This document shows positions 41,801 through 54,759 of a stretch of DNA of 64,000 nt, in pieces. Within the stretch, counting starts at the first letter, position 1; each line of letters opens with the position of its first letter. This stretch comes from the human T2T-CHM13v2.0 reference genome, Homo sapiens. The position numbers were made by a program, and so were the translations under genes. Location of the stretch: assembly GCF_009914755.1 (NCBI RefSeq), contig NC_060928.1; one strand, 5' to 3'. The notes beneath the pieces are model-generated. The model saw nothing but the letters and a program-made list of their open reading frames with translations, ran no database searches and was not told the origin of the DNA.

Positions 41801-44800
41801 TTGTTGTTTCTATTTCATTTAGTTTTGCTCTGATCATGTTTGTTTCTTTTCTTCTGCTGGGTTTGGTTTTGGTTCGTTTTTGTTTCTCTAGCTCCTTGAG
41901 GTGTGACCTTAGATTGTCTATTTGTGCTCTTTCTGACTTTTTGATGGAGGCATTTAATGGTATGAACTTTCCTTTTAACACTGTTTTTGCTATATCCCAG
42001 ATATTCTGATAGTTTATATCACTATTATCATTCAATTCAAATAATTTTTAAATTTCCCTCTTGATTTTATTGCTGACTCAGTGACCATTCAGGAGCAGGT
42101 CATTTAATTTTCATGTATTTGCGTGGTTTTGTGGGTTCCTTTTGGAGTGGATTTCCAATTGTATTCCACTATGGTCTGCGAGAGTACTTGATATAATCTC
42201 AATTTTCTTAAAATTGTTGATACTTATTTTGTGGCCTATCATATGGTCTATCATGGAGAAGGTTCCATTTGCTGATGAATAGAATGTATATTCTGTGGTT
42301 CTTGGGTAGAAGGTTCTGTAAATATCTATTAAGTCCATTTGTTCTTGGGTACCATTTAAGTCCATTGTTTCTTTGTTGACTTTCTGTCTTGATGACCTGT
42401 CTAGTCCTGTCAGTGGCATATTGAAGTCTCCCACTATTACTGTGTTGCTGTCTATCTCATTTCTTAGGTTTAATAGTAATTGTTTTATAAATTTGGGAGC
42501 TCCAGTGTTAGATGCATATGTATTTTGGATTGTGATATTTTCCTGTTAGACTAGTCCTCTTATCATTGTATATTGTCCTTCTTTGTCTTTTTAAACTGCC
42601 GTTGCTTTAAAGTTTGTTTTGTCTGGTATAGGAATAGTTACTCCTGCTCATTTTGGTGTTCATTTACATGGAATATCTTTTTATACCCCTTTACCTTAAG
42701 TTTATATGGGTCCTTATGTGCCAGGTGAGTCTCTTGAAGATAGCAGATACTTGGTTGGTGAATTCTTATTCATTTTGCCATTTTTTGTCTTTCAAGTGGA
42801 ATATTTAGGCCATTTACATTCAACATTAGTATTGAAATGTGAGACTCTAGTCAATTCATTGTGCCATTTGTTGCTTGAATACCTTCTTTTCATCATATTG
42901 TTTTACAGTTCCTGTGAGTTTTATGCTTCAAGGAGGTTCTATTTTGGTATATTTTGAGGATTGTTTCAAGATGGAGAGCTCCTTTTAACATTTTTTATAG
43001 TTCTTGTTTGGTAGTGGTAAATTCTCTCAGCATTGTTTATCTGAAAAAGAATGTATCATTTCCTCATTTATGAAGCTCAGTTTAATGGATACAAAATTCT
43101 TGGCTGAAAATTGTTTTGTTTAAGGGGGCTAAAAATAGGACCCCAACCCTTTTAGCTTGCAGGGTTTCTGCTGAGAAGTCTGCTGTTAATCAGATAGGTT
43201 TTCCTTTATAGTTTACCTTATGCTTTTGCCTCACAGCTCTTAAGATTCTTTATTTCATTCTGACTTTAGATAACCTGATGACTAGGTGGTGAAGCAATGA
43301 CCTTTTTGCAATGAATTTGGCAGGTGTTCTTTGAGCTTCTTGTATTTGGATGTCTAGATCTCTAGCAAGGCCAGGTAAGTTTTTCTTGATTATTTCCTCA
43401 AATATGTTTTCCAAATGTTTAGATTTCTCTTCTTCCTCAGGAACACCAATTATTCTTAGGTTTGGTCATTTAATGTAATCATAAACTTCTTGGAGGCTTT
43501 GTTTATTTTTTTAAATTCTTTTTTCTTTGTCTTTGATGGATTGGGTTAATTCAAAAGCCTGGTGTTTAAGCTCTGAATTTCTTTCTTCTATTTGTTTGAT
43601 TCTATTGCTGAGACTTTCAGTGCATTTTGCCATTTCTCTAAGTCTGTACTTGATTTCCAGATGTTGTGATTGTTTTTTATTCATGCTATTTTACTGGAGA
43701 TTTTTCCATTCACATCCTGTATCATTTTTTTTATTTCTTTAAGTTGGACTTCACCTTTCTTTGGTGCCTCTTGGATTGGCTTAATAGTTGACCTTCTGAA
43801 TTCTTTTTTTTTTTTTTTGTTAATTCAGAGAGTTCATCTTGGTTTGGATCCATTGCTGGTAAGCTAGTATATTTTGGGGGTGATAACCTTGTTTTGTCAT
43901 ATTATGAGAATTGTTTTTCTGGTTCCTTCTCATTTGGGCAGACTATGTTAGAGGGCAGATCAGGGACTCAAGGGCTGCTGTTCAGATTCTTTTGTCCCAT
44001 TGGGTACTTCCTTGATTTGGTGCTCTCCCCCTTTCCCTAGGGATGGGGCTTTCTGAGAGCCAAACTGCAGTGATTGTTATTTCTTTTCTGGATCTAGCCA
44101 CTCAGCTGAGCTGCCAGGCTCCACCTGGTGCTTGAGAGTGTTTCCAAAGAGTCTTGTGATGTGATTTGTCTTCAGGTCTCTCAGCTGTGTATACTAACAC
44201 CTCCTCCGGTGGAGGCGGCAGGGGAGTGAAGTGGACTCCATGAGAGTTCTTGGTTGTATTTTTGCTAAGTACTGCTGATTTTGTGTTCGTTGGCCTCAAG
44301 CCAGGAGGTGGTGCTTTCAAGAGCACATCAGCTGCAGTAGTATAGGGAGGATACAAGCTTGGCCTAGGATCAGGCGGTGTGTGGGGCCATGGAGCTCCCA
44401 GGAGACTATGTCCTTTGTCTTCAGCTACCAGGGCAGGTAGAGAAAGACAATCAGTGGAGGGCAGGGTTAGGAGCTTAGACTCTCCTTGAGTGGGGCTTGC
44501 TGCAGCTGCTGTGGGGGATGAGGGTGTGGTTCCCAGAGGGATTATGGCTGCCTCTGCTGCCTCACACAGGTTGCCAGGGAAGTAGGGGAAAGCCGGCAAC
44601 CTCAGGCCTCACCCAGCTCCTATGCAGCCTGCAGCCTGAAAGGCTGATCTCACTCCCACTGTGCCCCTGACAACAGGACTGAGTTTATTTCCAGGGCTGA
44701 GAACTTACCCCAGGTTACAAGCCTCCTAGCTGAGAAAGAAAAGGGACTCAGCTCCTCTGCTGCCCCACAGAGCCTGCAGCAACAATCCATCCACTTCAAA

Positions 44801-44943
44801 AAGTCTGTGGAAGTTCTCAGCTTTCCTGGTATGTTCCTGCCGTGGTTCTTGGAGAAAAGGTTCACAATTTGGGTCTCCACACACTGTCCTGCCCATCCAA
44901 GTGGGAGCTGCAAGTTAGTCCTGCCTCCTATCTGCTGTTTTCC
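38819..44943 (-). mobile_element. Full-length (~6.1 kb) L1PB (L1PB1-like), both ORFs disrupted
   Basis: Poly-T then caataggtttt...tggttacatgaataagttc; ORF2 relics (GDFNMPLT...[18 protein letters not shown]); ORF1; GC-richer 5'UTR ending gggagctgcaagttagtcctgcctcctatctgc. Confidence 0.93.
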
Positions 44944-45221
44944 AGAACTGTATTTCTTTACCCACTCATTTATTTGCTGTTTCCTATATTTTGTACAAAA
45001 ATGACTAAAAATTATAACTAATAAAGGTTATTTTCCTACATCTTCCCTCTTCCAAGGCTTTTTCATTGTTTTCGTTAATGAATTTTTTTTGAAAAAAGAA
45101 ATGAATATTATGTTAACTATAATATTAATTTTCAGAAGGATAGTAAGAAGACGATTCCCAAATCCCAATCCTCAGAAATAAACACTGTTAACACTTGATG
45201 GACATAATTACAGATATGTCT

Positions 45222-45445
45222 GCTGGTGTGCTGGAACTGGCTTGTACTGGCTTCTGAGAACTAATTGTGTGCATCTTGTCCCAGCTCTGTACCCAGGGAC
45301 ATTACATTAGTAGACTGAAATCAGTCATGATGGGAGTATTAACACCACGGAAATAGACTACACTCAGAGGCTCTTTTTGTGTTGCTGTTTTTTGTTGTTG
45401 TTTTGAAAGCCATTTACTAAAGATTTGCAAGCCCATACATCACTG
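45222..45445. mobile_element. MER63-like hAT MITE
   Basis: gctggtgtgctggaactggcttgtactggct ... cccatacatcactg imperfect TIRs. Confidence 0.7.
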
Positions 45446-45619
45446 AATATATCACTATGAACAGATATAGAAAGACAGCTAAACATTTTCTATAAGGAGA
45501 CAGACAAAAATTACCTCATGGTCTACATTATAATATTTAATTAAATGTATTCAATTTAAAAATATTTTTAAATTTTAGAAGAAAGAGAAATTGAAGTGAA
45601 ATTAAAGGAATTGCTAAAT

Positions 45620-46040
45620 TCTGGCTGGTGGGGAGAGGCACTATTATGGGCCCTATATAAGCCCCAGTACTGCTCACTCTTATCATTTAGGGAGGGAGAG
45701 GACAGTTCACTTTCTGTGCAGCTCTCACCTTTCCAGGAGTCTGTCCTGAAGATTTTAGCTGCCTTGGTGTTCCTGGACTTTCAACTGTCTCTTTAACTCA
45801 GAAAGTTCACGGGGCTTAGCTCATTCTCTGCTCCGTAGCCTCAAAACTCTCTCAAGGCAGTAAGCTAGGCAGGCAGCCATGGGGCTCTCCTTATTTGTTT
45901 TCCAACTCTCAGTCATGAGTGTCATTTCTACCTGATGTCTAGTGTTTTAGAAATAATTGTTTCAATATATTTTGTTCATTATTTGTTTGTTTCAGGTGAG
46001 AGAGGGAATCCAGTTTCTGATATCCCATGTGGATAGAAGT
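45620..46040 (-). mobile_element. Old L1M 5' region fragment
   Basis: cttatttgttttcc...cctgatgtctagtgttttagaaataattgtttca...ggatagaagt. Confidence 0.45.
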
Positions 46041-46748
46041 TCTAAGGATATGTATGCAAATATAAAGTCTTTTTTCAAATTATGTTGATACTGTGGATAG
46101 TTTAACATTCCTTCCAATAATTCCCTACCTTTACAAAGGTCTGATAAATGCCAGCAAAATATTAGATGGTGAAACCTTGATAAAATGAACGGTACCAGGT
46201 AAATATTGGTAATTTTAAAAAAGATGAATAGGCCATGACATCTGTTTTGAACCTAAAGCTGAATATCAGAATGAATCTTCTGCTTTTGTATTAGCATCCA
46301 TGGACTGTCAAGCCTTTACATTTTATTAGGGTAACAATAATCAACGCTGTATTTATAACATGCATTCATGATCAAACATCATATTTAATAAATGCTGTTG
46401 AATTAATGTAGTTTTGTTTAGAAATGCAGCCTGAATAAAGTATTACAAGACAAACATAAAATTACATTTTTAATGTGCAGTTTTGATAACTGTATATTGT
46501 TAAATATATATATACAATTTTGAGGAGAACACCTATCTCAATTAAAATTCTTTTCGAGCATCTACTTTTAATATTGTATGAAGGAAGCTACATCAGTATC
46601 AACCAAGCCTCTTTTCTTTAGAAATGTATGATTTTAATGAAATTTACCAACCTGGGGATTGTGACAACTAATTAACATCTTACTTATATACACTAGATAT
46701 TTCTGTTCACTCAGTTGTATATTCATGTATTCAACAAATTGTTTTATA

Positions 46749-46895
46749 CAGATGCTCCTTGACTTACAATGGAGTTACGTCACAATGAAATCATCAAAAG
46801 TCTAAAATACCATAAGTCAAAAATTTAATACCCTGATAAGCTCATTGTAAAATAAAAAAATTTAAGTAAAACCATCATAAATTGAGGACTGTCTA
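46749..46895. mobile_element. MER47/Tigger5-type MITE
   Basis: TA-cagatgctccttgacttacaatggagttac ... aaccatcataaattgaggactgtcta. Confidence 0.75.
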
Positions 46896-47959
46896 TGTAA
46901 TACAAATATTCTGCCATAAATAAAATATTGTTAAAAGTTTAAGTTGTTCTATAGACAATTTAGAATGTAAAATAATGCTTATAATAATAATAAATGTTCT
47001 ATCAGGTATTATAGAATACTAGATGGTCCTACATTTTAGTTTTCTAGATAATTGAAGTTTTCCCTAAATAGAATCAATAATTTCCAAAAGGGTTACCTAC
47101 TTACCACATATCTTTCTAAAGTACATTCCATGTATTTTGTTCTTTCTACATAGGGCAAACTTTTAAAATTTATAGTTTCACTAATAATTCAGTGTCAACA
47201 CTTGCATTATCAAATACCGTTTTTGTGGCTATAATATATTATTGTCTTTAGAAAATGTGTGAAATTGATGTTCCCTACATGAAATTTTCCAAGACTTTAT
47301 GCCTTTTTAAATATGTCAGTGTTTTATAGTTTTCCTCTGTCTTTCTTTATTCAGGCTTTTATATGGCCCTTTTCTAGTTCTGTAGTGATTCTGTCTTCAT
47401 CAGCTTTTCCTCTCTCAATTCTAATCTATTGTGACCAGCTCATAAGGTAACCAAGCTAATTAGAATAATGAGTTTAATAAAATTGGTCTGTGAGTAATGC
47501 CTTAAAATATGGACTTTATAGTAAAAGCTTCACTGTAGTCTTTTAACTACTGGAGACTTTTCCTTGTTTTCTTCCTGCTTCTGGATTCTTGAATTGAAAT
47601 TGTTCTTTGAAGTTTTACATTTAAACTGCACTTTCACATCTAGAAGAAAAATCACATCTGTAAACTACACCCAAGTCCAGGGTGATAAAGCCTTAATCTG
47701 AAAGAGACCACCATACTTCTGAGATGTATCTAATAAATGTTTAGCTTTTCAAGAAGATTGTGCAGAATATACAACCCCCAAAATACACAAGTGGGAAGAG
47801 TGTTTTCAAATTACCTCATTTGTTGGTTGTTGATGTAATTTAATGAACTGCAATATACCCTTCAGATTAGGCTCAAATAACTTACCTTCTTGGAAGCAAT
47901 TTCTGACCTTTCAGATAGAGCTGATAGATTCTTCCTTTATATTCTTCCTACACCACAAA

Positions 47960-48122
47960 TTTTTCTCTATCTTAATCCCATTATATACATATTTGTTTAC
48001 ATACAAGTCTTGCTTTTTAGATTGAAAGTTTCCAGATGACAAGTAGAGTAACTTAAAGAATCTCTAAGCCAAGCACAGTGCCAACATAAAGTAAGAGCTC
48101 AATGAATGTGCATTGAATAGAT
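47960..48122 (+). mobile_element. L2 3' end
   Basis: agattgaaagtttccaga...aagcacagtgccaacataaagtaagagctcaatgaatg. Confidence 0.65.
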
Positions 48123-48309
48123 GGATATTCCCTTTAGCAATTATGGAAACAACATGATATTTTATGAAATCTATGGGATTAAACAAATAGCATATAACGT
48201 ACTGTGTTATGTGACTAAGGTCACAAAGATGAGTAAGATATAAGCCCTTACTGTCAAAAACTAGACATATGTAAAAAGAGATAAAATGGTACACAAATAA
48301 CCGTGGAGC

Positions 48310-48980
48310 TGTATTAGTTGAGATAGGCCAAGATATGCTCTAGTTCAAGTTGGTCCAACCTGTGGCCCATGGACTGCATGTGGCCCAGGATAGCTTTGAA
48401 TATGACCCAACACAAATTTGTGAACTTTCCCAAAATATTATGAGTTTTTTTGTCATTTTTTTTCTTTTTCAGCTCATTAGCTATCATTAGTGTTAGTGTA
48501 GTTTATGTGTGGCCTAGGACAATTCTTCTTCTTCCAGTGTGGTCTAGGGAAGCCAAAAGATTGGGCACCCCTGCTCTAGTGAGTAATGAGTAAACCCTCA
48601 AATCTTTGTGGCTTACAACAATAGAATTTTCTTTCTGCTTCATCCAAGTTGGAGGTGGGCTAGAAACTTTACTCACTCCTCTCCGAACCATGACACAGGG
48701 ATCTGGGCTTCTTCTGTCATGTATCTGGGCCAACTCTGAGTCTTTGCCTCCAAGAAATGGATGGGAGAGACAGACAGAGGGAAATGGGCAATTACAATAT
48801 ACCGTTCCATGAGGAGCCAGTTTGAAATAGACATGTGTCACTTCTTGTCACATTTGTTTGGCCAGAACTTGCTCTATTACTCTGTATTGGTTCAAGGGGC
48901 TCAGAAATATATTCTTCCTGTCTGCCTAGGAGGAGAAAAACAAATGGTCTGATTAGCACTGTGGTATGCAGCATACAGTA
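48310..48980 (-). mobile_element. Old MLT1 (J/K-like) LTR, split by MER30
   Basis: tgtattagtt...ccctcaaatctttgtggcttacaacaa...tgtcacttcttgtcacatttgtttggccagaac. Confidence 0.65.
48346..48573. mobile_element. MER30 hAT MITE
   Basis: gtccaacctgtggcccatgg...gggaagccaaaagattgggcacccctg; 8-bp TSD ctctagtt/ctctagtg. Confidence 0.92.
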
Positions 48981-49346
48981 TTGCCTCTAGCTCAGTTGCC
49001 AAGTGCAAGTATGAAGTCAATATGTACAGGCAACTTATAAAGGAACAATTTACTTATATAATACTTCAACTTATTTCTTATCACTATACTCCAAGATGTT
49101 TTCCTGACGTGTCATTAAATTACAAGTATAAAAACCTCTCTTTAGACAAGAAAGCATAACAATCACATGCATCTTAGCACTGCTGAGCTTTTATTTCATT
49201 CACCTCCTGATAAATTGCTGTTTGTAAATATTGTGTTAATGTCTGTTGAGACCAGAACAATGGATCTGGTAAAAAATTGATTCAATTAAGAGATAAAGAA
49301 TGAAGTTTACCATTATTTTACCTTTTTGGTGACACCAATAGAACCA

Positions 49347-49742
49347 TGTATTTCGTCATTCTTGCATTGCTATAAAGGAATACTTGACACTGGGTAATTT
49401 ATAAAGAAAAAAGATTTAATTGGCTCAGGGTTCTGCAGGCTGTACAAGCATTGCACTGGCATCTGCTTGGCTTCCAGGGAGGCCTTGGGGAGTTTTTACT
49501 CATGGTGGAAGGCAAAGCTAGAGCAGGCATATCACATGGTGAGACCAGGAGCAAGAGAGAGGGGGAGGAGGTGCCACAAGCTTTTGAACAGCTCGATCTC
49601 ATGTGAACTCACTATTGTGAGGAAAGCACCAAGCCATGAAGAATCCACCCTGATGACCCCAACACCGCCCATCAGTCTCCACCTCCAACACCGGGAATTA
49701 CATTTCAACATGATATTTCAAAGGAACATCCAAAGCATATCA
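49347..49742 (-). mobile_element. MSTA/B solo LTR
   Basis: tgtatt...ttgctataaaggaatacttgacactgggtaatttataaag...catccaaagcatatca; perfect TSD aacca at 49342-49346 and 49743-49747. Confidence 0.93.
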
Positions 49743-50264
49743 AACCATTTCTTAAAAAAAACTTGGCATTTTATTACTTTACTATGGTTTAGTGGTATAA
49801 TTCTTTATGCTACTATCCCTAGAGAACAGACATATGTGCTGTGTATGTGTCACACACACACAGAAACACACAAGGGGCCCATTTCCACACATATACATAA
49901 ATATCAGTGGTCTTGGCATTGACCCAATGTCTGAATTTGTACCTTCAGACATATGGGAATATTTTCATCTCTAAAAATCATTTTGTACATTAATGTTTAA
50001 ATTATAGCTTCATATTTGATATAAAAATTCTGACTTCTAACTTAATATGTGGTTATTATGCTGCTACTCAGTGAATGTATTTTCAACATTTAAACATTTT
50101 GTCCTTCAAATTATTAATCATTTTTCATTCTAAAGATGACTATAAGAAGTACAAGAAAAACATTATAGAATAAAAGTACGTATGATTTGGTCTCCATATT
50201 TTACAAATGAAGAAATGGCTTACTACTGGCTAAGACAAGAACTCAAGAATTGTAAAAAAAACTG

Positions 50265-50425
50265 TATAGGTTTTGGATTCAGACACACCTGGATTCAAAT
50301 TTTGGCTCTGTTGCTTAATTTCTGTGTGAATATGTATAAGCTACTTAATCTTCCTAACTTTCAGTCTTTTTATTTATAAAATAGGTGTTACAGTACCTGA
50401 ATTTCAGAGTTGCTGTGATTAGATG
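50265..50425 (+). mobile_element. MIR SINE
   Basis: ttttggattcagacacacctggattcaaattttggctctg...ctacttaatcttcctaactttcagt. Confidence 0.75.
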
Positions 50426-51257
50426 AAATTAGATAATTAGATGAAAGAAGAAGAAAGAATGTAGCTGTATAAAATTCTTGTTATCAGCAGCAAATTTCTG
50501 ACTCTCTGATAATAATAATTGGATATTCTTATACTACTACTACTACTACTAGTACTATTATCAGTTTCTTTCTAAAGTCCTTAAGGACTTATCAGAGCAA
50601 CTTCAAACTAAAATAGAATTTAAAAGTGTACTTTTCTTTTTCATTTGAATACTATTATTAACAGGTTGAGTTTTGGCAAATAGTTTCCCTGTTAATATAA
50701 TTTCTTGAATTTGACAAGTATAACAAAATATGTTATCTGAACACAGTGGTAATAACATAATAATTGAACACATCACAGAGCAGAGAATTAAAATGATGTA
50801 GACTTCAGAAATTTCTTGTATTGTTAGAAAAACGAATAAATGGCAAGAAAAGGATGATTTATTGTATGGCTGTTATCTTTTTAAATCATCTTGGTAGAAG
50901 GTATAGGAAGTATCTTTCTATGCATTTTCCATCATCATGGGTTCATATTGAGAGAAATCATTCTATTTTTTTTGTCAATGATAGTGTCTCATTGCTAAAA
51001 CAACTGCTTGAAAACAGTTTTCAAAAACTAGATTTCACTTTAAAGAAAAAATAAAAATCTACACTATTTCCACTTATTTACATTTTAAATAATAAAATTA
51101 CGTTAAGAAACAAAACAAAATAAATACGTTTGCCAAAATCTATCTGTCTTTGTTCTTCACATCACTTCATTTTATTTTAACAAATTTACTGAGGTAATTC
51201 ACATGCCATACAATTCTCCTATTTATGCACATTACTTCTTGAATAAGATATTCCTAT

Positions 51258-51945
51258 GCCTATCCAATCTAAGAATCCCAAGAAAAATCAAAATAAACAT
51301 ATCGATATTGAATATCAACTCTGTAAAAACGATCAGAATAGACTAGAATAGGTGCTGGGGTGAGACAATTATTTATATGTTTTTTCTCTCAAGGTATTAA
51401 CTTTCAAATTAGAAGAATTGGACATAGGTACATTAATAAAATATTTAAATAAAATATTAAAATATGTTATATATAATAGAAGAGATACTATAACATACTC
51501 AATGACTAATAATAAAATAGGGGTCATAAAATAAAAGTGATTTAGGAATTTCAAGGAAGAATATATATTTTACACTATATTAGTTGATAAAAATTTCCTA
51601 GATGAGATAAAATTTAAGTTAGGAGTTCAGAGAAGGCCAGAAGAGAAGGGGAGTTTTCCTGGGTAAAGGGGAAAGAAGGGGTCAAAACATCAACAAAAGC
51701 AAAGGAGTAGAAAACCATAAGACTCCCTCAAGGAGCAATATGTGAAAAATAATCAGCTGGAACAGAGTGTTGCCTTTGAGGAGAATTATAATGTATTCTC
51801 CAGCTGGGACTCATGGGCAAGGTTGTTAGCCAGAAGATATACCTAAGCCCATCCAATCTAAGAATCCAAAGAAAAATCAAAATAAACATACAAATATTGA
51901 ATATCAACTCTGTAAAAAAGGTTAGAATAGACTAGAATAGGTGCT
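51258..51945 (+). repeat. Dispersed ~99 bp direct duplication (51258-51356 and 51847-51945)
   Basis: atccaatctaagaatcc(c/a)aagaaaaatcaaaataaacat...gaatagactagaataggtgct occurs twice. Confidence 0.95.
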
Positions 51946-52360
51946 CCAAAAAGCCACAGGATATGCAGCATAGCTTATCATATGGAAATACCATATTTCC
52001 TTGGGACTAATTAATTGAAGATGTGATTTTTGTTTTTGAAAACTCATATAAATTGGAATTTTATGTCATTTTCAAGTGTTTCAGCTGCTCTCCTTAAAAA
52101 TCATGAGTATGGGTTTATTCTCCTTAATCATTTCAGCTTTTTAGTGGAAAAAGCTGATTATCAAGAATTAAAAAAGACAAGATTACGAGATCAATTGGGT
52201 CCTGTTGGTGGAAAAACTTAAATGTCAGATTAAAGAGCTTGGACTTTGTGTTAGAAGTAAGGAGCCTTAGAAGAATGCTAAACTGTGGGAAAGTATACTA
52301 AAAAATCTTTCAATAAATTAATATGGCAACTTAATATACAGGATGTATGAATGAGGAAAT

Positions 52361-53090
52361 TATTATTATTATTATACTTTAAGTTTTAGGGTACGTATGC
52401 ACAACATGCAGGTTTGTTACATATGTATACATGTGCCATGTTGGTGTGCTGCACCCATTAACTCGTCATTTACATTAGGTATATCTCCTAATGCTATCCC
52501 TCCCCCCTCCCCCCACCCACAACAGTCCCCGGTGTGTGATGTTCCCCTTCCTGTGTCCATGTGTTCTCATTGTTCAATTCCCACCTATGAGTGAGAATAT
52601 GCGGTGTTTGTTTTTTTGTCCTTGTGATAGTTTGCTGAGAATGATGGTTTCCAGCTTCATCCATGTCCCTACAAAGGACATGAACTCATTTTTATGGCTG
52701 CATAGTATTCCATGGTGTATATGTGCCACATTTTCTTAATCCAGTCTATCATTGTTGGACATTTGGCTTGGTTCCAAGTCTTTGCTATTGTGAATAGTGC
52801 CGCAGGAAACATACGTATGCATTTGTCTTTATAGCAGCATGATTTATAATCCTTTGGGTATATACCCAGTAATGGGATTGCTGGGTCAAGTGGTATTTCT
52901 AGTTCTAGATCCCTGAGGAATCGCCACACTGACTTCCACAATGGTTGAACTAGTTTACAGTCCCACCAACAGCGTCAAAGTGTTCCTATTTCTCCACATC
53001 CTCTCCAGCACCTGTTGTTTCCTGACTTTTTTATGATTGCCATTCTAACTGGTGTGAGATGATATCTCATTGTGGTTTTGATTTGCATTT
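52361..53090 (-). mobile_element. 5'-truncated L1PA4-like insertion
   Basis: cccattaactcgtcatttacattaggtatatctcctaatg; perfect TSD tgaatgaggaaat at 52348-52360 and 53091-53103; (TAT)n tail. Confidence 0.95.
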
Positions 53091-53214
53091 TGAATGAGGA
53101 AATATTATAGGCTGAAACCAGCTTAGAATGTGCAAACACAAATGATTTATTAAGGCAGTTGCATCATTTTCAGAGCCAATTCTATTATGTGATTTATAAA
53201 AATTGTTTAAGGTC

Positions 53215-53533
53215 TGCTACAGTTTGAATGTCTCCCACAGAATTTATATGTTGGAAACTTAATCCCCAATGTGACAGCATTGGCAGGAGGAGCCAAATGG
53301 GAGGTGTTTAGGTCTTGAGGGCAGGATATAAATGGCTGTCAAAAGAGGATTTGCTCTCTTGTGCACTTTGACCTCCTGCCTTGTGATGACACGGGAAGAA
53401 GGCCCTTACCAGTTGCCAATGCCTTGATCTTGGACTTTCCAGCCTCCAGAACTCTGAGGGAATAAATTTCTTTTTTTTTATATTTTACTCAGTTTCAGGC
53501 ATTTTGTTATAGCAGCACAAACGAATTAAGCCA
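53215..53533 (+). mobile_element. MSTC/D-like solo LTR
   Basis: tgctacagtttgaatgtc...ttggactttccagcctccagaact...aataaatttc; TSD aggtc/aggcc. Confidence 0.88.
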
Positions 53534-54759
53534 AGGCCCATTGTCCTTGACTAATTCTTGAAGATTAGAGGGCTCACTTCATTGGAGCCCAATATTGCTA
53601 ATTTAAAATCTAATAATTGTATATCATCAAAAAAAATCTGTGAAGGCAATAAACTTTCCTTTATGGAAATAAAAAAGACACTAAATTAGTTATGCCATAT
53701 CATTTCAAAGTTGAACTAATAGAAAATGTTACCCATTAATGATTTATGTTGTCTTTATCAGAAACAAAAAATGCCTTCCAAATACATTTTATCAAAAATC
53801 ATTTAAGAAATACATCTCGTTTTATATAAGAAATTAAAGTGAGTCTAATCCCAAACTATTATAAATAACAAGTGTTGATCTCCTCCTCAGTCCTCCAAGA
53901 AACAGAACCGGCAAATTTCTGAAATTGTTCTAAAAAAATCAGTGATTATTTCAAAAGCTGGTAACAGTTTTTGAAGATTAGCATTCTTGGTGGAATATTT
54001 AATGAGCAGTTTAGCTGTAGTTCCCTAGCAAAATGAAGAAGTCCAGAAATTGTGAAAAACATATGGAGGCAAATGGCAAGGTTCACCATCCCCTGCCCAG
54101 TGGGATCTCAGCTACATCCATGTGATCCCTCAGCCATATTTAGGTCTTTCGATTTCTGCAGATGAAAGAACATTCTTTCACAAGAAATAGAGAAGCTACC
54201 ATGATAATAAAAGCTCTTTGGGTGCCCCATCAGATGTAAGCTCTCCTTGATGATGATGTCGATTATCATCCTGTTATTTTTGGCATTTATTCATTTTCTC
54301 TCAGGCATGGGACTTTGCCTCATAATAAGTAGGAGGGCCTCAATTTCTTGAAGCTGCCAGAGCAACCATATTCCAACTATCATTTTTTTCACAAATGCTT
54401 ACAAGATAATGTATAGTGAACTTCCTGGTTGAGAACGTGAAATGTTTTTGTACATTTCTGAAGAATGGCAAACTACCTAGCTTAAATACCCCGTGCCTAA
54501 TTTCCACTAACATTGTTCAAGAGTCAAACCTCATAAACCCCAAAGCATATATAGCTAAGGGTGGAATAAAGGTGGGCTCAGAATGCTTAAAGCCCGTTAT
54601 GTCCCATGTTATAAAGGACTCAGAACTAACTTCTACCCCTGGTACTTTCCTTATGCTTCTCTTAATGAGGTCTTTCCAAAAGATATAGGTGTCATTAACT
54701 CCTGGAAATCAATTCTTCCTTCAATATTGTTGCAGGCATTAAACCAGAAGTGACTATTA

